A stretch of DNA of 64,000 nt from Eledone cirrhosa (GCA_964016885.1 OZ024740.1:33480001-33544000); one strand, 5' to 3'. Positions 12,722-25,621 are shown, counted from the first letter of the stretch. Notes: generated from the letters alone by a model not told the origin. A program made the numbers and translations.

Positions 12722-13687
12722 TCATTTTATCAGTTTACGTCTGCTTTTCCCTGCTTGCAAGGGTTGGACGGGTCCGATTCAGCACAGCATCTCTCCACTT
12801 GTCACGGTCCTTCGTCATCTCCTTGGTGAGTTTCAGCGATCTGAGGTCTGCTCTCACCTCCTCCGCCCATGTTTTACGTGGTCTACCTCATCTGCGTTTT
12901 CCTTCTACTGGGATTTCTTGGCATTTCTTAACCAGCGGTCATCCTCCATGTGCATCACATGACCATACCATCTCAGCCTTCTCTCCTGCACACCACAACT
13001 TATCCCTCTTATACCCAGTTTCTTTCTCAACTCGTCTATGCTTGGTCGTTCACGCACATTGACATTGCACATCCAACGGAGCATACTTGCTTCATTTCTC
13101 TCCAGCCGTCACATATCCTCTGCAGTTGCTGCCCATGTCTCACTACCATGCAGCATCGCGCTCCTCACACAGGCATCATATAACCATCCTTTCGTATGCA
13201 GGGAGAAACCCTTCTTTGTCAACAAAGGAAGCAGCTCCCTAAACTTCTTCCAACCTGTCCTTATTCTAGATACTATGGCCTCGGAACACCACCCTCCCAT
13301 GCTAATCTGATCACCTAGGTAAGGGAAGCTATCAACCACTTCTATAGCACCCACCTGCATTGGAAAAATGTGTCTATCACTGCAATTTCTACTGCCAACT
13401 TTTCCTGTACATCTACTGCACATGTAGTTTTCCCTACCTGTTAATTTGCCTGCTATCCCACTACATCTCTTGTGTACCCAAAATCTGCATTGCGTACATT
13501 TTATGGAATTTATGCCAGTTCCTTTCCTACATATCGAACATGGCCATTTCCCTGATGGAATCGGAGTATTGTCCTCTCTTCTACTTATCAACACTTTTGT
13601 CTTAGCTAGGTTCACTCTCAGTCCTCTTGATTCCAACTGCTGTTTCCATAACCAGAATTTATTCTCTAGCTCCTCTACTGATTCTGC
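12722..13687 (-). mobile_element. RTE LINE family B, 5'-truncated
   Basis: ORF 13109-13636 (GLRVNLAKTK...YLG...MLHGSETW) homologous to but diverged from family A; very short 3' UTR. Confidence 0.9.
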
Positions 13688-14902
13688 TATATATATATGT
13701 AGGTGTCACGACAAAAAAAACACACAGTAGGTAACACGGTAAAAAGCTCCCAGTCCACACTGTAAATGTGGTTGGTGTTAGGAAGGGCATCCAGTCGTAG
13801 AAATCCTGCCAGAGAGTCCTATACAGGCGAGACACGGTCACCCGACCAATCTTGCCTGTCCATTTTTCCATGCTTGCATGGGTTAGACAAGTCGTCCATG
13901 CAAGGAGGCAAGTCTGGCCAGAGTTGGTCATGCTGTACCTTGCTCCGACAAGGACTAAATTTGGCAGGGTGTTTTACTGCTCGATGCCCTTCCTAACACC
14001 AACCATCATCATTATCATTTTTTATGTCTGTTTTTTCACACTTGCATGGATTTAACAGGTCCTTCTCAGTACAGCATCTCTCCACTCACCACGTTTCTTT
14101 GTTATCTCCTCCATGAGTCTCAGTGATTTGAAGTCAGCTCTCACCAATACATATATATAAGTTGTTTGGAAAACCAGTACAGTGTAGATAGAAATATAAA
14201 ATTTGGTACTGGGGTAAAACAATGACAAAACAAAACAATGTTTTAACCCAATATATTTCTCCATAATATTTCAAAGTAAAGACCTTTTTTTTCGATTGAA
14301 TGCAAAAAAACTACCTTTGTATTGTATTTCTATCCGCATTGTACCGGCTTCCAAACACCTTATTATTTATTACATATCTCACAATGCTTCATGTGAACTA
14401 TGCTGCTTTATATCATCATCATCATCGTTTAACGTCTATCTTCAACACTAGCATGCATTTAGACAGGAATTATCCCACTTGAGGCAAGATTGGTCGTCTC
14501 GCTTGTATATGACTGTCTGGAAGGTTTTCTACGGCTGGATCATCGTTTAAAATCCATTTTTCCCTGTTAGCATAGGTTAGACGAGTTGTTGTGTTATGAG
14601 ACAAGTCAAATTAAGTGTCCGTGTCTTGCTCATACAGAATTCGGCTTGGTTTCTATAGCTGGATGCCCTTCCTAACACCAACCACATTTACAGCGTGGAC
14701 TGGGTACGTTTTAGCATGGCATCAAAACAACCAACTGACAGTTTGGAGCAAAGGCTTTTTGTCATCACCAACATAACCACCTTCCATGGTAGGCTGGATG
14801 CTTTTTGTTGTAACACCAATACGACCACTTTTCAGGGTGGATTGGGTGCTTTTATGTTGTGTCACTAACACACATATATATATGCATATAAATACATATA
14901 TA

Positions 14903-15209
14903 TATCATCATCATCATCGTTTAACGTCCATCTTCAATGCTTGCATGGGTTTGGACGGGAATTTTCCCACTTGAAGCAAGATTGGTTGTCTTGCTCGCAT
15001 AGGACTGTCTGGCGGGTTTTCTACGGCTGGATGCCCTTCCTAACACCAACCACGTTTACAGTGTGGACTGGGAGGTTTTTACCGTGTTACCTACACGGCC
15101 ACATTACAGCGTGGACTGTGTGTTTTTTTGTCGTGACACCTACACGACCTCATTTATTTCGGACTGGATGTTGTGGTACCAACATAACTTTACATTGAAA
15201 GGGGTGGTG

Positions 15210-15240
<31 letters not shown>

Positions 15241-15947
15241 GGGGGGGGGGTTTAGAGGTGTTTACTGACTGTAGGTTTCGCTTTGTACTTAGGCAAGGCG
15301 GGTCTTCTCTATTACTGTGTAGCGCCAAAGATCTCGGTCCAGTAACATTGTCTTGGAGAGGTGTAAGTGTGTGAGGTCGGAATTTATCAAGTCGTCCCAG
15401 GTTTTTCTGGATCTGCCTACTCCGTGGCTACCGTCTATTTTTATCGCCCTGCACTTTTTTATACAGCTGTCATTTTTCATGCACATCACGTGACCATACC
15501 AACGTAGTCTTCTCTCGAGTAAACAACATCTGATCCCTCTTATTCTTAATTTCTGCCTTAGTTCGTTTATGCTTTGCCGTTCACGTATATTACTATTACA
15601 CATCCAGCCTGCCTTTCATTTTTAAAGAGAACCCTTTAACGGCCAATAGTGGTATAAGCTCTCTGAACTTTTTCCATCCCGTTCTGACTCTAGCTACTGT
15701 AATTTCAGAGCACTCTCCAACACTACTGATTTTGTCACCCAGGTAACGGAAGGTGTCCACTATTTCTATAGAACCATCTGTGCAATGTAATGAGCTAGTA
15801 TTCTGTGGGCACTTGCTGCTACTTATTGCACCTGAGCACTGGCCACATATAAAATCTATATTCTTAGTTAGCTTACCTGTGATCCCACTACATCTTTTAT
15901 GTACCCATACTTTGCATTTGGGACATAAAATGGAGTTTCTGCCTACT
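14903..15947 (-). mobile_element. RTE LINE family A, 5'-truncated with internal deletion
   Basis: High similarity to the 3' 1.15 kb of the full-length copy; deletion near 15608. Confidence 0.9.
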
Positions 15948-16053
15948 ACACATATATATATATGTGTATATATATATATGCTGCAGAGTATATAAACTGT
16001 ATTTACAAGCTATGAATTACCATGATGAAAAGGAAACTGTTGTACAGAGCTAG

Positions 16054-16119
<66 letters not shown>

Positions 16120-16185
16120 GCACACAAGCACACAAGCACATGTATGTTTGTAAGTATGTATGTATACTTACAATGTATGTATACT

Positions 16186-18116
16186 TGCTGGGCCTTCGGA
16201 AATAGTTGCTAAAATGCTGAAAGCATCTGGATCAGTGGGACACACTATGGTCACCCAGATAGTAAACCAAGTCATACAGAATGGCATCATTCCGAAGGAC
16301 TGGCGTAGCAGCATCATCATTAACTGCTACAAGGGTAAAGGAGATGCCCTAGATAGGGGAAACTATAGAGGAATTAAATTAATCGACTAGGTCATAAAGG
16401 TCACAGAAAAAGTAATAGCGCAACTAATCAGAGAGCGAATTGATTTAGATGAAATGCAGTTCGGGTTTGTGTCAGGTAAAAGTACCACAGACGCTCTTTT
16501 CATTGTACGACAACTACAGGAGAAGTACCTAACTAAAAGTAAACCTCTATACTTAGCTTTTGTTGACTTGGAGAAAGCCTTTGACAGAGTCCCTAGCTCC
16601 ATTATCTGGTGGGCTCTTCGAAAACTAGGTGCTGATGAATGGCTTGTGAGAGCTATACAAGCCATGTATAAAGAAACAGTCAGCAAGGTTAGAATTAACA
16701 ACGAATATAGTGAAGAGTTTAGCGTTGATGTTCATCAGGGCTCCATTCTTAGCCCCCTACTATTTATTATTGCCCTTCAGGCTATAACAGAGGAGTTCAA
16801 GACCGGCTGCCCATGGGAACTCCTATATGCAGATGATCTAACGCTCATAGCTGAATCAATGGCTGAACTAGAGAAGAAATTCCAAACATGGAAGCATGGC
16901 CTAGAATCAAAAGGCCTTAAAATTAACCTGTCTAAGACTAAAGTTCTTGTTTGTAGGAAAGAAAATAGGGCACCGGTCCCATCTGGAAAATGGCCATGCT
17001 CAGTGCGTAGGAAAGGAGTAGGCTGAAACTCCATTTTATGTCCCAAATGCAAAGTATGGGTGCATAAAAGATGTAGTGGGATCACAGGTAAGCTAACTAA
17101 GAATATAGATTTTATATGTGGCCGGTGCTCAGGTGCAATAAGTAGCAGCAAGTGCCCACAGAATACTGCACAGATGGTTCTATAGAAATAGTGGACACCT
17201 TCCGTTACCTGGGTGACAAAATCAGCAGTGGGGGAGGGTGCTGAAAGTACAGTTGCTAGAGTCAGAACGGGATGGAAAAAGTCAGAGAGCTTATACCACT
17301 ATTGGCCACTAAAGGGTTCTCTCTAAAAATGAAAGGCAGGCTGTATGATGCCTGCATACGAACAGCAATGTTACATGGCAGTGAGACTTGGGCATTGTGT
17401 GCAGAGGATATACACAGACTGGAGAGGAACGAAGCTTGCATGCTCCGCTGGATGTGTAATAGTAATATACGTGAATGGCAAAGCATAAACGAACTAAGGG
17501 AGAAATTAGGAATAAGAGGGATCAGATGTTGTTTACTCGAGAGAAGACTACGTTGGTACGGTCACGTGATGCGCATGAAAGACGACAGCTGTATAAAAAA
17601 GTGCAGGGCGATAAAAATAGACGGTAGCCATTGAGTAGACAGACCCAGAAAAACCTGGGACGACTTGATAAATTCCAACCTCACACACTTACACCTCTCC
17701 AAGACAATGTTACTGGACCGAGATCTTTGGCGCTACACAGTAACACAGAAGACCCGCCTTACCTAAGTACAAAGCGAAACCTACAGTCAGTAAGCACCTC
17801 TAACAAAAATACACACCACCCCTTTCAATGTAAAGTTATGTTGGTACCACAACATCCAGTCCGAAATAAATGAGCACGTGTAGGTGTCACAACAAAAATA
17901 CACAGTCCACGCTGTAATGTGGCTATGTAGGTAACACAGTAAAAACCTCCCAGTCCACACTGTAAACGTGGTTGGTGTTAGGAAGGGCATCCAGCCGTAG
18001 AAAACCCGTCAGACACTCCTATACAAGCAAAACAACCAATCTTGCCTCAAGTGGGAAAATTCCCGTCCAAACCCATGCAAGCGAGGAAGATGGATGTTAA
18101 ACGATGATGATGATGA
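16186..18116 (+). mobile_element. RTE LINE family A, 5'-truncated, disrupted RT
   Basis: QFGF...FVDLEKAFD...QGS...YADD motifs with stops/frameshifts; (GAT)n tail. Confidence 0.95.
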
Positions 18117-18797
18117 CTTACAGGTGGCTAATTGGCAGAGTCGTTAAAATGTTGGATAGAATGCTTTGCAGTATTTGTTCCAGCTCTCAAAACCCCACCG
18201 AAGTCAATTTTGCTTCTTATCCTTCCAGAGGTTGATAAAAAAAAAAAAAGGTACCAGTCCAATCTTCCTCTACATCTCTTTCTTACTTTCCCTCTCTCCC
18301 TCTCCGCGAGAAATCAGCTGTGTTCAGACCTGGGGAGGGGATGGGCTCCACCAGGTTTAAAGTACCCAATAAAAACACTATATGTCACTATGGCACCCTT
18401 ACAAATCCATTAGATGTTATCCAGCCGTAGAAACCAGCCAGAAACAGTCATATATGACCGAGACACGGTCATCTGACCCAACTTACCTCAAATAGGACAA
18501 ACCCGTGTAACCCATGCTAGCATGGAAAATAGACGTTAAACGATGATGATGATGATATATATATATATATGTATATATATAGCTTGCCAAACAAAGTGTT
18601 GGGAGGACCCTCAGTTATGTCAAAGACATGACTATCTCCCCGGTGCACTTGGTAAGATGTGAGACCATATGTAAGTGAGATGCAGATCCCCGTCCCGCTG
18701 TCTGAGATGCCAGTAGCCCCGCTTCAGTACTGACTTGGTCTATGTAGACATTCCAACCATTGCTATAAGGGAAAGCTTATGTTAAACAATAATAATG

Positions 18798-18829
<32 letters not shown>

Positions 18830-19453
18830 GTGTGGAGTTAGGAAGGGCATCCAGCCATAGAAACAGGCCAGAAACAGTTCTGGATGAGCAAGATGCAGTC
18901 ATCTGATTTGATTTGTCTCACAACAAGACAACTCAACCCCATGCTAATGTGGAAAATGGACATTGATTGGTGATAAAGATTGGAAATAAATGATGTATGC
19001 ATGCTCCAATGGATGTGTAATAGTAATATACATGAACAGCAAAGCATAAATGAACTGAAAGAGAAATTAGGCATAAGAGGGATCAGATGCAGTATATTAG
19101 AGAAGCGATTGCATTGGTATGGTCATGTGATGTGGATGAAGGATGACAGCTGTATAAAAAGGTGCAGAGCGATCAATTTTGATGGAAGCTATGGAGTAGG
19201 AAGACTTGGGATGAGGTGATAAAAGCTAACCTTCAAAGTTGATAAAAAAAAAGTACCAGTCTAGTACTGGAGGTCAATTCTTCCTCTCCCCCCCCCCCCC
19301 CCCCCTCTGGACGAAATCTACTGTTCTCAGACCTGGAGAGGAGATGGGCTCCATCAGGTTTAAAAACATGCCCCAAGAAATGTATGTCAATAGGAGCACT
19401 TACGACTCCTTCACAAATTATGGATTCATACACACACATATATATAAAGAAAT

Positions 19454-20341
19454 ATCATCATCATCATCATCGTTTAACGTCCATTTCCCACTTGAGGCAA
19501 GAGTGGTTGTCTTGCTCGCTTAGGACTGTCTGGCGGGTTTTCTACGGCTGGATGCCCTTCCTAACACCAACCACATTTACAGTGTGGAACTGGGAGGTTT
19601 TTACCGTGTTACCTACATGGCCACATTACAGCGTGGACTGTGTGTTTTTTATGTCGTGACACCTACACGACCTCATTTATTTCGGGCTGGATGTTGAAGT
19701 ACCAACATAACTTTACATTGAAAGGGGTGGTGTGGATGGGGTGGGGGTAGTGGGACGGAGGTGTATTTTGTTAGAGGTGCCTACTGACTGTAGTAGGTTT
19801 CACTTTGTACTTAGGTAATGCGGGTCTTCTCTATTACTGTGTAGCGCCAAAGATCTCTGTCCAGTGACATTGTCTTGGAGAGGTGTAAGTGTGTGAGGTC
19901 GGAATTTATCAAGTCGTCCCAGGTTTTTCTGGCTCTGCCTACTCCGTGGCTACCGTCTATTTTTATTGCCCAGCACTTTTTTATACAGTTGTCGTCTTTC
20001 ATGCGCATCATGTGACCATACCAACGTAGTCTTCTCTCGAGTAAACAACATCTGATCCCTCTTATTTCTAATTTCTCCCTTAGTTCATTTATGCTTTGCC
20101 GTTCACGTATATTACTATTACACATCCAGCGGAGCATGCAAGCTTCGTTCCTCTCTAGTCTGCGTATATCCTCTGCACACAATGCCCAGGTCTCACTGCC
20201 ATGTAACATTGCAGTTCGTATGCAGGCATCATACAGCCTGCCTTTCATTTTTAGAGAGAATCCTTTAGCAGCCAATAGTGATATAAGCTCTCTGAACTTT
20301 TTCCATCCTGTTCTGACTCTAGCTACTGTACTTTCAGAGCA
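19454..20341 (-). mobile_element. RTE LINE family A 3' fragment
   Basis: ORF 19811-20275; truncation point about 30 nt upstream of the LANCL exon 6 acceptor. Confidence 0.92.
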
Positions 20342-20372
20342 TATATTTATATTTATTTATTTATTTTTGTAG

Positions 20373-20555
20373 ATTGATGATGCTTCATTAAGTTCACAAG
20401 TCGAACAACTTGTTATGCCTAGCATTGATTACATGCTACAGTTGCAGTTTCCCTCAGGTAACTGTCCATCTTCTATGGGAAGTAACACAGATAGACTAGT
20501 TCACTGGTGTCATGGTGCTCCAGGATGGATCCATATGTTTGCTATGGCTTATAAG
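20373..20555 (+). CDS. LANCL: LanC-like protein exon 6
   Basis: ttgtag acceptor; ...QFPSGNCPSSMGSNTDRLVHWCHGAPGWIHMFAMAYK (WCHG zinc ligand); gtaaa donor. Confidence 0.95.
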
Positions 20556-20744
20556 GTAAAAAAACATTTTAAAAACATTACAAGGTAGCTACCTACTTTT
20601 AATACATTCTTATTATTGATTTTATTGAATTTATTCAAAATCTTACAATATATTATGTTTTAATATATATGTATATAAATATATAATGTATATATATATA
20701 TATGTATGTATTATATATATATATATTATGTATAGTAATAATAA

Positions 20745-23700
20745 TCATCATCATCATCATCAACGTTTAACGTCCGTGTTCCACGCTTGCATGGGTTTGG
20801 ACGGGGGTAGTCCCACTTGAGGCAAGAGTGATTGTCTTGCTCGCATAGGACTGTCTGGCAGGTTTTCTACAGTTGGATGCCCTTCCTAACACCAACCACA
20901 TTTACAGTGTGGGTCTGGGAGGTTTTTACCGTGTTGCCTACACGGCCACATTACAGCGTGGACTGTGTGTTTTTTTGTCGTGACACCTACACGATCTCAT
21001 TTGTTTCGGCCTCGATGGCGCGGCACCAACATAACTTTACATAGAACGGGGTGGTGTGGATCGGGTGGGGGTGGTGGGACGGGGTGTATTTTGTTAGAGA
21101 TGCCTACTGGCTGGAGTAGGTTTTACTATATATTTAGGTAAGGCGGGTCTTCTCTGTTACTGAGTACCGCCAAAGGTCTCGGTCCAGTGACATTGTCTTG
21201 GAGAGGTGTAAGTGTGTGATGTCGGAGTTTATCAGCTCGTCCCAGGTTTTTCTAGGTCTGCCTATTCCGTGACTACCGTCTATCTTTATTGCCCTGCACT
21301 TTGTTATACAGCTATCGACTTTCATGCGCATCACGTGTCCATACCAACGTAGCCTTCTCTCGAGTAAACAACATCTGATCCCTCTTATCTCTAATTTATT
21401 CCTTAGTTCGTTTATGCTTTGCCGTTCACGTATATTACTGTTACACATCCAGCGGAGCATGCAAGCTTCGTTCCTCTCTAGTCTGCGTATATCCTCTGCA
21501 CACAATGCCCAGGTCTCACTGCCATGCAGCATTGCTGTTCGTATGCAGGCATCGTACAACCTGCCTTTCATTTTTAGTGAGAACCCTTTAGCAGCTAATA
21601 GTGGTATAAGCTCTCTGAACTTTTTCCAACCAGTTCTGACTCTAGCTACAGTACTTTCAGAGCACCCTCCCCCACTGCTGATTTTATCGCCCAGGTAACG
21701 GAAGCTGTCCACTATTTCTATAGAACCCTCTGCGCAATTGAAAGAGCTAGTAGTTTGTGGGCACTTGCTGCTACTTATTGCACCAGAGCACCGGCCACAT
21801 GTAAAATCTATGTTCTTAGTTAGCCTACCTGTGATCCCACTACATCTTTTATGCACCCATACTTTGCATTTAGGACATAAAATGGAGTTTCTACCTACGC
21901 CTTTCCTACACACCGAGCACGACCATTTCCCAGAAGGGACCGCCGCCTTGTTTTCTTTCCTACAAACTAGTACTTTGGTCTTAGCCAGGTTAATTTTAAG
22001 TCCTTTTGACTCTAGGCCGTGCTTCCATGTTTGGAATTTCTTCTCTAGCTCGGCCATTGATTCCGCTATGAGTGTCAGGTCGTCTGCGTATAGGAGTTCC
22101 CATGGGCAGCCTGTCTTGAACTCCTCTGTTATGGCCTGAAGGGCAATAATAAATAGTAGTGGACTGAGAACAGAGCCCTGATGGACGCCGACTTTTACGC
22201 TAAACTCTTCACTATATTCGTTGTTAATTCTAACCTTGCTGACTGTTTCTTTATACATGGCTTGTATAGCCCTCACAAGCCATTCGTCAACGCCTAGTTT
22301 TCTAAGAGCCCACCAGATAATGGAGCGGGGGACTCTGTCGAAGGCTTTCTCCAAGTCGACAAAAGCTAAGTAGAGGGGTTTACCTTTAGCTAGGTACTTC
22401 TCTTGTAGTTGTCGTACTATGAAAAGAGCGTCTGTGGTACTTTTGCCTGACACAAACCCGAACTGCATTTCATCTAGGTCAATTCTCTCTCTGATTAGTT
22501 GCGCTATTACTCTTTCCGTGACCTTCATGACCTGGTCGATTAATTTAATGCCTCTATAGTTACTCCTATCTAGGGCGTCTCCTTTACCCTTATAACAGTT
22601 AACGATGATGCTGCTATGCCAGTCCTTCGGAACAACCCCGTTCTGTACGACTTGGTTAACTATGCGGGTGACCATGGTGTGTCCCACCGTGCCAGATGCC
22701 TTCAGCATCTCAGCAACTATTTCCGAAGGCCCAGCCGCCTTACCAGTCTTCATATCCTTGATTGCCTTACTTATTATACTCCCCTCGACTAACACTGCTG
22801 GTCCCTCTATTGGGTCGATATGGGGGAGACTGCCTTTCTCCCAATTATTCTCCTCATTTAGAAGCCTTTCATAGTGACACTTCCAAGCTACCTTCTTATC
22901 AGCGTCGGTGATGGCAAGTGTGCCATCGTCGTTTAGTACACACTTCTCCCCGACAATATCACGGTTTTCCTTGACGCATTGCCTAGCAATCCTGAACACC
23001 TCACGTTTTTGGTCATCGCGTTGTAGAACATGCTTGAACTTTCTTTCCTCAGCTTCCCTTCTTGCTAAGTACACTTGTCTCCTAGCTTCCCTCCTGGCCA
23101 CTTGATAGTCCTCTCTACTTCCCCCATCCCGCCATACTTTCCAAGCCTGCTTTTTGGCCTTAATTGACCCCTCCACCTTACTGTTCCACCACCATGTTAC
23201 TCTCCTCCTGCCTACAGGCCTGCTCCAGCCACAGACCTCGTCTGTCGCCAACAGCAGGTTTGCTTTCAGAAATTCCCACTCTCCCTCTATATTGTCCGAC
23301 TCTAAATGTTCTTCCTTACTGTCGAAAGCATCAAGTAATATGCTTTGAAATTTATTCCTGGCTGTGGGGTCCTTTAGCTTCCATATTTTCCTCCTGAGGA
23401 TAGTCCTCTTCTGTTGTCGAGTACGTCTCGTCCTGACTATGAGGTCGCTAATTATCAGTCTATGTTGGGAGGTGCATTCTTCATGGGGGAGGGATTTAGT
23501 GTTAACAACAGACACTCTGTCACGTCTTCTGGTAAGGATATAATCTACCTGGCTTGTGTGTTCCCCGGATCTATAGGTGATCAGGTGATTGTCACGTTTT
23601 TTGAAGTTAGTGTTACAGATAGTTAGGTTATTTGCATCACAGAATTCCAGGATTCTGGAGCCTTCCTCATTTCTAGTACCAAACCCATAGCCTCCATGGA

Positions 23701-24600
23701 TTTCGTCGTAGCCGTCACAATGTTGTCCAACGTGACCATTTAGGTCGCCTGCGATAATTATATAGTCACTGTCGGATATTTGGGAGGTAGTTAGCATCAG
23801 TGTCTCATAGAATCTGTCTTTTATAGTGCCGGGCAGTCCGGATTGGGGTGCGTACGCAGATATTACTGTCACCGTAGTTCTATTGAGGACAAGTCGTATT
23901 TTAATTATTCTGTCGTTCACTCTATTTACGTCTATTATCTTATCTGCCCACTTTTCTGCTACCATGATTCCTACTCCACCCAGCCCATCGTCGTTTCCCA
24001 CCCAGAAAAGCTTATAACAACGTTTTTTACCCTCAATGAACCTAGCAGACCCACCCCTCCACCTGGTCTCTTGAATACAACAAACATCGACCTCCTTACG
24101 TTCAAGCATTTCTACAACCTCGTTAGCGCGACCCTTTAGGGTGCCTACTTTATGGTACCAACTCTGAAGTTTTGGATTGCGTTTGGGGGTTGGGGGCGGT
24201 GAGGGGCGGGGGGCGATGGGGTTATGTTAGCCGTCCGCGGTCGAAACAATGAGGAGTGCTCGCATTCTCGTCCAAGGGGTGAATTTGTCTTTATCTTTGG
24301 CATTGTCGCTGAGCGTCCAGATTTTTCTCTCTCACCTCCACTCTCCAGGATTCCGCAGTCCATCCATCCATCATATATCGTATATCGAAAGGCAACCAGG
24401 CAAGCGATAGTATAGGCCTCTGGTTTCTGATTGGTCCGCGTAATAATACTGGTGATACGTGGGGGCTCTGTTTTATGATTGGTCCACGTAATAGCAATGG
24501 TGGTGTGTGGGGGTGGGAGGGAGGGGTGTTGGGTAGCTAGCAAGAAGGTAATGATTGAGAGGGGTCTATGCATTTAACAAGCGATTAACAAAAATACAAA
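20745..24600 (-). mobile_element. Near full-length RTE LINE (family A) in LANCL intron 6, antisense to host
   Basis: Single APE-RT ORF, about 390-nt 3' UTR with (GAT)n tail, 5' UTR homologous to 43060-43270; 5' boundary approximate. Confidence 0.95.
21134..24109 (-). CDS. APE endonuclease - reverse transcriptase of RTE LINE (991-aa open frame; original start probably 24303, cut by a frameshift near 24149)
   Basis: IQETRW, SAYAPQ, GDLNGH, VDYIL, SQHRL (APE); NYRGI, QFGF, FVDLEKAFD, GVHQGS, YADD, YLG (RT); RRLRWYGH and GRPRKTW (RTE C-terminus). Confidence 0.92.
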   Translation of the reverse strand: MLERKEVDVCCIQETRWRGGSARFIEGKKRCYKLFWVGNDDGLGGVGIMVAEKWADKIIDVNRVNDRIIKIRLVLNRTTVTVISAYAPQSGLPGTIKDRFYETLMLTTSQISDSDYIIIAGDLNGHVGQHCDGYDEIHGGYGFGTRNEEGSRILEFCDANNLTICNTNFKKRDNHLITYRSGEHTSQVDYILTRRRDRVSVVNTKSLPHEECTSQHRLIISDLIVRTRRTRQQKRTILRRKIWKLKDPTARNKFQSILLDAFDSKEEHLESDNIEGEWEFLKANLLLATDEVCGWSRPVGRRRVTWWWNSKVEGSIKAKKQAWKVWRDGGSREDYQVARREARRQVYLARREAEERKFKHVLQRDDQKREVFRIARQCVKENRDIVGEKCVLNDDGTLAITDADKKVAWKCHYERLLNEENNWEKGSLPHIDPIEGPAVLVEGSIISKAIKDMKTGKAAGPSEIVAEMLKASGTVGHTMVTRIVNQVVQNGVVPKDWHSSIIVNCYKGKGDALDRSNYRGIKLIDQVMKVTERVIAQLIRERIDLDEMQFGFVSGKSTTDALFIVRQLQEKYLAKGKPLYLAFVDLEKAFDRVPRSIIWWALRKLGVDEWLVRAIQAMYKETVSKVRINNEYSEEFSVKVGVHQGSVLSPLLFIIALQAITEEFKTGCPWELLYADDLTLIAESMAELEKKFQTWKHGLESKGLKINLAKTKVLVCRKENKAAVPSGKWSCSVCRKGVGRNSILCPKCKVWVHKRCSGITGRLTKNIDFTCGRCSGAISSSKCPQTTSSFNCAEGSIEIVDSFRYLGDKISSGGGCSESTVARVRTGWKKFRELIPLLAAKGFSLKMKGRLYDACIRTAMLHGSETWALCAEDIRRLERNEACMLRWMCNSNIRERQSINELRNKLEIRGIRCCLLERRLRWYGHVMRMKVDSCITKCRAIKIDGSHGIGRPRKTWDELINSDITHLHLSKTMSLDRDLWRYSVTEKTRLT

Positions 24601-24872
24601 ATTTGTTTATTACTAAGACCAAAATCCAAAGAGGGCTCAATAAGGATTCTATATATATGTATAAAAGTATATATAAACCCGTAGAGCAAATATTTATTAT
24701 TAGTACAGATTAAAGTTTAGGCAAAGAATTTCTGCTTTCACCCTATTATGGGATTTTCAGAAGATCCTGTAATAGGGTGAAATATTTCAACTCACTCAAT
24801 GTTTATTTACAAAAATGTTCTCTCATTCGAAAAGCTAATATTTAGCATTTTAAAAGAGAGTATCTATTGTCA

Positions 24873-24958
24873 GGAGGCATTTAGCTCATTGTTACAATGC
24901 GCTCAGCCAGAATTTAAGAGGTACAGAGTTCGATTCTCAGTAGTTGATGCTGGCCACT
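24873..24958 (+). mobile_element. Degenerate tRNA-like SINE head
   Basis: TAGCTCATTGTTA (A-box-like) and GAGTTCGATTC (B box); no full cloverleaf. Confidence 0.4.
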
Positions 24959-25621
24959 TTTTCAATGTATAGGGGTTTTTACCCTATCTTCTAAAGAAAC
25001 TGCATTCACAGCTAATCTACTGTGTTCGAGATTTTCTTCATTTCTAAAGATATTTAGAAAATGGATGTTAAATGATGATATATATATTATTAAAATCACA
25101 CAATATCATCTTAAAAAAGAAAGGAACCATTGGATATTGTAGTTCTAGATTTTCTGTCTGAAAAAAGAAACCAAATGGTAGAGTGATGGTTGTAATGGCT
25201 TTGGTCATAGGCCTATTCTATTATGGTTAACCTTTAGCTAAACACCAGATCCTCATTATTAAAATCTTTTTGTTCTACTCTTTCATGGCTAACCTTTAGC
25301 CAAACAACAGATCTACATTATCAAAATCTCTTTATTGAATTACTGTTTATTTCTCTAGATGTTAGTGTTAACAAATGTTGCTTCACTGCATATTAAATAA
25401 GTCCTATTGCTAAAACAATAGCATAAGATAACTCACTATTTCATCATGTCATATTTCATGGTGCAATATCCTGCCATATCAAATGTAGACATCTAACTAT
25501 TACAAGTACATTAATTAATAATTTAAAGGTCAACATTTTGTTGGTAGTACTAGCATATTTTGATTGTCCATGAAATCCTGTCTAAGAAAAATGTGTGTAT
25601 TAATCATATATTCTATTGTAG

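Noticed and set aside
21324-24139. Plus-strand ORFs overlapping the RTE
   Set aside because: Antisense shadows of the RT frame with no recognisable motifs
24300-24650. HDV-like ribozyme in the RTE 5' UTR
   Set aside because: Could not find the nested double-pseudoknot pairings by eye
24736-24782. 19-bp-arm hairpin as pre-miRNA or terminator
   Set aside because: Short, isolated, no supporting context
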